Of a stretch of DNA of 64,000 bases, positions 54,531 to 64,000 are shown one piece after another. Below the pieces are notes generated by a model, which was not told the origin of the DNA, did no database searches, and worked only from the letters and a program-made list of their open reading frames with translations. Made by a program: the position numbers and the translations under genes. Source of the stretch: Phoronis australis. Lineage: Eukaryota > Animalia > Phoronida. The stretch spans positions 230,383 through 294,382 of the forward strand of contig NMRA01000376.1 in NCBI GenBank assembly GCA_002633005.1. The letters are read 5' to 3'. Numbering within the stretch: the stretch's first letter is position 1; each line of letters starts with the position of its first letter.

Positions 54531-57500
54531 TTAAGTAGAGCAAGTCCCACTGCTAAAACTCACACTTTAGTTACTGTTCCTCATTTAAAACCGCTTATGT
54601 CTCCCGCCGTAACTAGTTGCAACTCAAAATTAATCTGGTTTCTGCATTTGAAAATGGGCCCTTACTATTTAAAAATCAATTTGTCAAGCAAATCAGTACG
54701 GATGGGTGCTAGTCCGATCACCAAACTCTTAATTGAAAATTCTCAAAAGTAGGGAGTGGATGCTTATGTGTTCCTTGGCATTGGCCCAAATGTTTACAGT
54801 AAATATGTTAAAATTTTTACAATAATATCATGCTTTATTACATAAACTTAGCATCTAAGCTATTGTTGGCAAAAACTGTGGAAGCGAAAATTTAGATGCA
54901 TGGTCTTAGTTTTGTTTTATTTTATTTTGGCTATGAAAAAACGAAATTTGTTGAGATACGTCTGAAAATATTTGTTTATGTCAATGTGATGTGCAGGAAA
55001 GTTCAAAGAAAACTAGGAAGGTTTTTTGTTTTTCTCTTCGATTCCTACGTTCTGATCAGTTTAGTAGTAGTTTGAAATAAAATGAAGCAAGTGTTGCTTA
55101 AAATTACAGCCTGTGTAATAATGTTGATTTGTCTTCTGAACTCCTTAATGGCATTTTGATTTGCTTTATCTTATCTGGTTTTAGTGATGACCTTACAATC
55201 CCCAAATAAAGAGATTAAATGTATGATTCTTGATTTCTTTTTATACTGTGGTCCGAACACTTGTTAAAAGTGCTCGTAAATGTTCTGTAGCAATGTTTTT
55301 GTTCAAAAATAAAGCCAGGTAAAAATAATCTTGTTAATTGTCCCCGCCCAAGACCCTTGCTCACCTGAAAGGAAAGGTGTCTGTGCCTTTTGACATTGAT
55401 TGGATGTGCGGATATGCAATGTCGTTTCTACTGACACCGTGGCAGATGTGGCTAAAACTTGTCATTTAGCTTTTCACATTTGATAATTTTCTTCTATTTT
55501 GGAAATAACTGAAACAAAATTATTTCAAGTGACACTTCAGGAATGTGCCAAATGTCATATTGCAACAAGGTTAGTGTCCTGGTATATAAACAATGCTTCA
55601 TTTATTTCCCATAAAACAATTGCCAAAACTGTAATTTTTCTATCTTTCAGTGGCAGATTGCCTTGCTGCGAATTATGGAAATTTACCAACAAATGTTGTT
55701 TTATAACATTTGCAAAGTATTAAGTCAATAGATAAAATTTTCTTAATTCTTATTTTTGCTGTAAAGTTTGACAATAATGGTTCACTTGTTTACCACATTG
55801 TGGGTTAAATAGCAAACAAATTACAATATAACCTACAACGGTAAAATCTCGCCAGTTTAGAACACAGCTGCCAGATGAAATTTCGTTCTCTCAATGTCAC
55901 TGTGTAAATAATGTACAATGCCAGAATGATGCTTTGTCGTATCCAAGTTCTTTACTGTAGCTACCAACAGAAAATATTTTGAAAAAGTTTGCGCATTCAC
56001 ATCATTACAGTGTTAGAAGCCCTTTAAAGAAGTGCAATTCGCCAGTTGTTTTGTACAAAATTTGTGAGATTCTACCATACTCTTTCAACAGATGGGGTTT
56101 CCATGGCAGTCTGCATAAGGGTCTATTAGCCATTTCCAGTGACATTGCCTGCACTAATTTCTAGATGAACCCCAGAAGATAAACATGTTTATTTTTTACC
56201 TGGCCTAGAAGAAAAAATGTTTTATTTGTGATTATCATTATTTCTTCTAACCAGTTAGTTTATAAGTCAGGTGCAGTATAAAAATAGTAAATCATTCTGA
56301 CTGTGAAAGTATGTCATTGTTCTATTGGTTTTATAAAACATCGGTTGTGCTCTTTTAAGTATACACCTAGAAAACTTAAACATGGTCTCAGGCATCCAGG
56401 ATCAAATAAAAACAAAATATTTGGATTATTAATCTATTCTAAAGCAACCTTTCACTATCTGTCCTTGTAGACTGTGATATTGAGAATTAAAAATGGTGTC
56501 ACCCTCTGGTGATTGACAGTATTGGCTACCTGTGCAATAAGTTGTACCTTCTATCCAAGGGCAACAGTTTTTTCTCTGCTGGTTTCTGCTTAAAAAACAT
56601 GAGGCAGTGCTATAAATTGAAACACAGTTGTGATGCAAATGGGAATGAACGTGTTGGTGGCTTATTTAATGTTTTAAGGTACTAAAGTGAAATTGCAATT
56701 TATAAATTTTAGAAATTGCTAAAATGGATTGATCTGTTATAATTGAAAGTGGAAGATAAAGGCTTCCAGAGATTTCCCTTGTGATCTAACTCTAGCACCT
56801 TCTTGTAGTGGTATTGTCCTCATTCAAGTCTAAAATTCTACCACACATAGCTGTGGGCAATTTTCAACAGTTTTAGTTGACATAAACTAATTTACAGTGC
56901 TGAAAGGGTTGTTTCACAGTGTGCTTGAACAAGGATGTTAACAAGGTTACATAATTAAATGCATGCTGTGCCATGAATGTTTGGTTCCAGCACCATTGAG
57001 TTGATGCCTCAGGCAGAAACTAGAAAGTGACAAATTAAGCCAACAGTCTAGAGTTGTGAGAAATGGTTCAGTATATGACCATTTAACCCAGACATTTCAT
57101 TTAGGATTTTTCTCATCCACTGCCCAATGCTACAGTAAAATGTCACCAACTTAGTACACAATATGGCTGTCTAGTGAAATTTTGTCATTTTTCCATGAAA
57201 GACAATTTGCCATGAATTAATGCTTTTCTAAGTTCCAAGATCTACACCATACCAACAGTGAAATAATTTGAAAAAATATGACAATTCACAGGAATGCTGG
57301 AAGCACGTTATTGTCCAAAATTGTTGACATTTTGGCATACTACTGTGGTTTTTGGTTAAATTATCCGCTGGAATTTGATAATGTGTGTTGATTTAACCCC
57401 AGTTAGCAGGAAGATAGCTTAGCAATGTAATATTTTTACACCTATATTGTCATTCCTGCCTTGAACCAGTATAATATCATGCCTTCATTATGGCTGTGAG

Positions 57501-58449
57501 TTAGTACATTACGGTTATGTTGTTACAATGCAGTGTGTTGATATAGTTGCAGTAAGCATTATTAATATCTGTTGGCGCCATCTGTTGGTCACTTAAGATA
57601 TTCTAGCATTTAATGAGAGAACATTGCTAAGCCTGTATCCTGTTTGTTGGAAAATTTTATTTTTTAGCCTCGACATAAACATAGACTTGTTTCTTGTAAT
57701 GTTAATCTAAAAACACAACCCAGGTTGCATATGCCTAACAAGTAACATTTAGATGATAACATTCTCATGAAAGATTTTTATTTTAGAATTCAGTCGCCTG
57801 TAAACAGCAGAAATGTCATAACATATCAGTCAAAGAGTAGTGGTGCTCCATCTTATGTACTTGTAACATGTTGTAAAACATGATCCATCTGATCACTGGA
57901 GATAACATTTGCCACTTCAAATTAAATACTGATATTAACTTAGCATTTAGAATTGGTTATTTTAAAGTTTTATGTTTTCTTAACCTTTACTGCTTGATAG
58001 TCATCCTAGTGGAAAGTGAAGCTCAATTGAAAAACCAAAGATGCTATTTCTGATTCTTTTTAATGCTTCTGAGAAATGTATTGTGTTGTCCTCGAAAATT
58101 CCCGTGCTGGCAGTTGGTAAGGGAAGAAGACTGGTTACACTGCTCTTGAACATAAGGTACTCACTATGTGTGTTGGCCATATGAATGCGTCATTCACAAT
58201 TCACCTTTGTCAGTACTGGTACAATTATTTATTTCAATATATTGTAATTTCAGTCAATAGGGCACACCAATTTTTTGAAAATTGAATGCCCAATTGCATT
58301 AATTTTTGTAAAAAAATTACTCAACATTATGGTAAATACCTTTAAAGTCCTTATCTCAAAGGGCAATGTAGCTCAAAAACTTAAAAATATACACCAAATT
58401 AAGTAATTTGTAACATAGCATAATGTTCACATCCTTTCTGTTATCAAAC

Positions 58450-60448
58450 TAAAAGCCCTTTTAGCACAATTTTGTACCTCGGCCGAGATCGGAAAATCAT
58501 CGACTATTCCCGTCTATTTCCGTGACCTAAGTTCCTGTGTGTACGTTCAGGAACGATTCCTGAATGCCAGCCATGTAATGTCCTTGAAAACGTATTGACA
58601 TCACCGTGAGCGTAAATGCGTTGTTACTTTGTTTGGTTGCTTTTGATTCCCATTTTGGTTCTTTTTATATTATGATTATTTATTGTCCTAATTTTGCCTG
58701 TTCTTTGCATATGACGAATGGTGTTAAATGCATAATCATAAGTTTGAAGTACCGTCGCAAAGTCTCCGACGTAGCCTACGTTCAGCTACTGAGGCCTGAC
58801 TGATAGCGAGGGTTACACTTCAAATTAGCAACAGTAACCGTTTAGGTAATAAAGTAGAGGAAAAAACTTTCTTGATCAACAAATGTCTCATCTTTATCGC
58901 CATATCTTGAAATTGATGCAAAGTACCAGCCTGAAGTGAGCAATTGTCATGTCACGGTGACTACTCAGACGTGTGAGCGCAGTGCGTAATTGCCAGCAAA
59001 TCGGCACCGGCTTTACTGGCTGTTTAAAAATGTAAAATAGAAAAAAAAACACACATACGGTGATGTTTCGACAAACAAAAACAAGTTTTATCTCAAAACA
59101 GTGAGCTCCACATCTGTGCTTGATTTTGCTGCCAGGACACTCCAGTAAAGTAATTCCCCGGCCTGTAGTCGCCATGACTCTGCGCTGGGAACTGATAATC
59201 ACTTGCTAAAGACGGCTTTGATTTTCACTTATCAGGGAAAATATATTTTCAAACCTCACAAAAACAAACTTACAATGTATACCTCTGTTGTCTAAATATA
59301 GAAATTCAGCGCCGCAAACCTGAGCATTGGGAGTGTAGTGAATTTCAGTCAATGAGCTGAATGTCGACGATGGGAATACATAGCAGTGTTAGGAGCATGA
59401 CGCAGTATTTTTTAACCTTTTTGTCACAGGAATTTCACTCCTTCAGGGCTGGGTAGATAATTAATATTTTCATCTTGCCCTGTGGAGTACAGATGTACGC
59501 CGGCGCATCCTCGGCAGGCGAGGCGGTCTGCCTCCGCCTGCTAGCAGCGTATACGAATGTTTCTGGCTAAGTGGGAATTATTTCTTTTACTTTAAACTTA
59601 TTATTTATATTATACCACTTTGGCACCATGGCAAGTTTTCTACCTGAAGTTATTTCGCCACCAAATGGTATTTGTCAGCCGCCCAGCCTTAGCGAAGTAA
59701 GTCGCGTCTAAAGTTATTTTCCATATTTTTGCAAGTTTAACTGTCAGGATATTCGAACTGCATAGCAATTTTATTCAATAATTTGATGTTGCCTTCATTG
59801 TTCTGTTTAAACTGTTTGTTTACCAGAGTAAATAAACCCAGTAAAACACGCTTAGCCTTGTCTCATGCGCCATAGTCGGCCCCGGTTGTAATTCAGTCGT
59901 TGGCGAAGGACTGTTACTAGTCCATAATTTTATACAAGTGTCGGAAGCTAGCTTTGTATGTATACGGCATTCATGATTTGAACCATTTGTTCCGATAAAA
60001 CAGGGGGGGATGGCATGTCTTCGTCTTTTGTCAGTGCGAGTGGTCTCGATCGGTCTGCACCGGGTCATTGGCTGCAGGTCCGAGCCCGACAAAATGATTT
60101 CTGTCAAAATTTATTTTGCCACATTTTGTCAACATTTTCAGCACAAATTGTCCCTATTTGAGGTCAGCTGTCGGTTATTTTATCCCAGTTTGCAGGCTGG
60201 TAACAGACACTGCTCCAGTCACACAGACGGCGTATACGAAGCCTAGGTTGCTAAATGAAATGTACTTCCGGTATCACGGTTAGTTCAAAATGGCGGTATG
60301 ATCTTCGGGTCGGAATTGTGAGTGGCGCTTTTACTTAAACGTTCTTCGACTATGGATTGTGTATTGGTTATGGGATAAGTACTGTGTGGTTCCTGATGAT
60401 GTCTTCTAACCATTTAATAAGGGTTAAAAACGTGTGCTAGGACTTTAA
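58450..60448. mobile_element. Probable ~2-kb non-autonomous DNA transposon (Kolobok-like TTAAAG...CTTTAA ends)
   Basis: Imperfect TIRs TAAAAGCCCTTTTAGCACAATTTT / AAAAACGTGTGCTAGGACTTTAA bound a block visibly richer in CpG than its flanks. No intact ORF. Confidence 0.5.
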
Positions 60449-61509
60449 ATTACATAAAATAGTTTTCTGAATTATAAACCACTGCTTACAATCTGATAAA
60501 ACTCTTAAATAATTTTTTCTTTCAGTTGTCAATCAAGATGTAAGTGACCATATTACAGATATGATTGCAAAATGCATAAGGAGAAAAAAATCCTAACAGA
60601 ACAAAATGAGATGGGCAGGAATGTTTTGTGAAATAAGACAGAAAAAAGGGAAGGCACACAAAGCAATCTCAATTGTTTATCATTCATTGTTAGTGGGCAG
60701 AGTGTAATGGAGCATTGTTACATAATCAGTTTCCAAGCTCATGTCTAATGCTTACCTACATGCCTTGGGGGAAATCTGACAAAAATGAGCCAGTGCTGAT
60801 GACTGCCAAGTGGCTGTTGGTATTGTGTGTCATTTCTAGTCAACGGGAAGTTGTTGCCACATCTGGTCCAGAGGGAATGACCTCTTGGTGAATTGTTCTG
60901 CGGCTCACCTGTCTTCAATAGCGGATTTTTCAAGTTGGTGCTTTGGGTAATGAGAGAATGAGAGCATGAAAGTAACTTCCGTTTGATCACAGCTCACACT
61001 TGGTGGACAGAAATTCATTTACTACATAGCGGTTCATAAATTAAAAGCAAGAAAATGAATATTCCACTGTCAGCCCCTCCCATTGTTCGATTAGGCTAAG
61101 GTCATTAAGTTATTTTAGCTTTTGGACACTGCGGCGAAGATCGAAGTTCTTTTGTTTTTGTCATTCGCAGCCACTGGCTTTGTCGCAGATTATTCTTCGC
61201 AGTGGGAAATTTGTTGGGACATGATATCCTTGTTAACCCATTGATATTTCAAAGGGTTTGCCTTTTTCCGTGAGGTATTATAACTTTCCGCCAAGCAGCA
61301 GTGGAAGTTTCAGTTATGATACCAGAAAAGGTGTTTTAAATGCTGTTCTCGTCCATGTTGCACGGGATCTTTAGCTGGTGGTGTTGAACACATTTCCACA
61401 AAAGACCTGATCGTCGTTTGGCGTAATAGTGAATATTAATTTTTAGCGGCGAAATTCAGCTATTCTCACTGTTAACAAAAATTTCCCTTTGGTTCTATAT
61501 AAATTTCAG

Positions 61510-61731
61510 TGATTTTGATTGAACAGGATTGGATAATACAAAAGCATCACAAGTACCCGCAATTTTACAAAAAGCTGCCCAGGTGTGGAAACAAAGATGT
61601 GATGACAGTTCCTGTTCTAAAAGAAATTTCTGAAGGCAGTCCCTCTGAGATTTTTCTGTTGAATGCGGAGTGCCCTCTGCCTCACTGGGCTGCTGAGCCA
61701 TTGTCTAGGAATGTAAGATGGATTCTTTTAT
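61510..61731 (+). other. Candidate 222-nt coding exon (phase 1-1) of an unidentified + strand gene
   Basis: Acceptor aaatttcag|, donor T|gtaagt (alternative |gtaaga after 61712). Open throughout: ILIEQDWIIQKH...PLPHWAAEPLSRNVRWILL. Confidence 0.3.
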
Positions 61732-62934
61732 GTAAGTGTGGTCTTATCACCTATGTAGAGCTGGGTAGAGGATCAGCTTAGTGTCAGCCAATCTGTAACC
61801 TGTGCACTAATCTTCTTAATAGAGCAGGTACAACTTAACAGCTTGAGTGAATGGGCTTACCTGTAATGCTGTGGCAAAACAAACTGTTGACACATTTATG
61901 CCTGTAATACTATACCTCCTGTATGGTTGAATGGATATACAGAATGATTAAATATAGGTTCAGGAAACATATTTACTGGCTGACTTTGGATTTGACTGTT
62001 GTGTTTGGATGGTTGGGTTCACTTTCTCATACAGCCATTTCACTTTAATAGATACCAAAGTGGCAATCCCAAAGAAGAGAACTATTACCTTGAGCTGCTT
62101 TTTATTGATAAACATTTCATTGAATGATAAATAGAATAATGGTAGTACTGCTTTGTTGTAAATATTCATGGTTACAGTGTTGTACATGAATATGTATATT
62201 ATATTATAACTGTATTTGTATGTCTGGATTTTTGTTTAAGACCCACTTGCTACAACTTTCAGTTCCATGTAAGCACCACTGTTTTTGAAAATATTTAAAT
62301 ATCGAAACTTTAGATAGTAAACAGTCGTAATTATTTTGAAGTTGTATTTTATGAATTCATGTTTATGTTATGTTGTTTCAGGTAAAATTCAGTCTTTCAG
62401 TATAAAACCAAAGGCTGTAGCAATAATTGCAAGGTACAACATTCTGTTAATGACCACCTCAGATATCGAGCAGTACACTCTTACATGATTCATTTGTAAT
62501 ACTAGGTATAAAATGCAAACTTTTTCAGCAAAACAACTCTTATTGGTGTCAGAAAAATGCTAGATACAGTGCATTTTCAGCTGTTACACCGTCTTTATTA
62601 GCAAAGTTTTTTTGTTTATCGAAAATGGAAAAGCCTGAGCTGCTCTTCTGTTTCTCAGCATACCAGCTGTGTTCTGGCCTCTCAGGTTTTCCAATTATTG
62701 ATGCATTTCAGACATCCCATACAGCAAAGTTGAGCTTCTACTGAAGTCAGAAGTTAACCCTTAAAATTCACCTATTATACATTGTCAACATCTTGACATT
62801 CATAAATTAGGAAATTGATAACACTGTAATTTTGTGATTGTTAGAATATATTAAGTTAGGCCACAACTTTTTTATGTTGCTCATGTGTTTTTTTAAACAA
62901 GTGCTAGTTTAAGTACATAGATTCTACTAATGTT

Positions 62935-64000
62935 TGGGGCTTAACCAGGCAAATGTGCCGGACGTATCGGATTAACCGCGGTTAACCGAGCAGTGGGCGG
63001 TTAAATCGAAAATCCACCTAAAGTAGGGGGATGGGCGGTTAACCGAACATGGGCGCTTATTACGACAGACAACCGCCCTGGGCGGTTAATCTTACCTGGC
63101 CATCTAAATCCCGACATGACAATCATACTCGGAACGCGTAGCCCTTTTCAAAGAGCTTTATCGTCACGTCGCCAAATGACTGTGAAAACGTCATAACAGC
63201 GGATGATCCCAGCAAAGGTTCTCTTGCCCTCAGATTAGTCATTCACTATTAAATTTACAAAATTGCTGAGTAATAGCCCCGTGCCGTTCTGCGGTGCGCA
63301 GACGACCAGTCACCACGCAGCCTCCACTAGAATTAAAACTGTTTCAAGATGTGACCCTGCTTAAGTGCGCGCGTGCAAGCTTCACGTGTTGCAGAGGTCA
63401 GACATCAAATTTATGGTTACAGTCTCTTACTATATGTAGCTGTCAAGTTCTGAGTCAGAGAGCAGTTTTAAAATTGGTTGTAATAAAAATTTGAAAAACT
63501 TAACTCTGCTGTTTTTTTGTGTTTGGGATGTTATAGTCGTCGGACACTCCGTGACTCAATGACATTCTCAGCATATGGTTCTGCGGCTAGCTGTCTTATC
63601 TCGACAGCCCGGCATTGCTCTCTTGCCATTGCGCCAAACATGCTATGCAAAGAAGTAAGACAAGGATCGGGGGTGGTCGAGCCAGTCGTCGATCAAGAAT
63701 AAAATTTCAAGCAACTGCATAAATATGTTACGAAATGTCAGAAAACAGCAATGTTTCAATTCATTATTCTAAACGGTCACCTTACCAAACTTCGTGGTGG
63801 AAAAACATTTATTTTTCATCCAAGATGTCCAGATTATCCTATTTATATCACTTAGAATATCGCACTGCGGCACTGTTCGGTCCCGCTGTTATCGCGCAAT
63901 GTCTCAGTCGGCTGACAATCGTGACTTGGAAATGCCGTCAAGTAATATAACGGCCTCTTTCAATATGCATCTCGTTTTTTATGGCCAAAGATAGTGGCGG
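62935..64000. mobile_element. Left end of a probable DNA transposon with subterminal repeats, running off the window
   Basis: GCGGTTAA reiterated at ~62978, 62997, 63035 and 63082, plus palindrome TTAACCGCGGTTAA. CpG-rich to the window end. Confidence 0.55.

Overview
Eukaryotic (animal) genomic DNA, AT-rich, with one assembly gap (1687-1793). It is most likely from an invertebrate bilaterian; a non-vertebrate deuterostome is my inference only. The one confidently identified gene is a multi-exon Iroquois (Irx, TALE-class) homeobox gene on the minus strand. Five coding exons could be reconstructed with canonical, phase-consistent GT-AG junctions: 16056-15994, 15660-15406 (IroA Cys motif), 13902-13787, 13195-12894 (homeodomain plus acidic tract) and 7779-7249 (IRO box). 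The final exon is ambiguous. Irx lies in a CpG-retaining ~33 kb domain with homeodomain-site-rich candidate enhancers. From ~33.5 kb the sequence appears CpG-depleted and T-skewed, which suggests the methylated body of a second, divergently transcribed, long-intron unit. It could be the Sowah partner of the Irx regulatory block or a lncRNA, but only scattered candidate exons are visible. Mobile DNA includes a decayed Penelope-like retroelement with an inverted pLTR and a minimal hammerhead ribozyme, an internally deleted piggyBac, several MITEs (5-bp and 8-bp TSDs), a ~64-bp minisatellite, and a four-copy TTAAAGGGAC-ended family carrying a tRNA-like module. Most entries in the ORF track are spurious.
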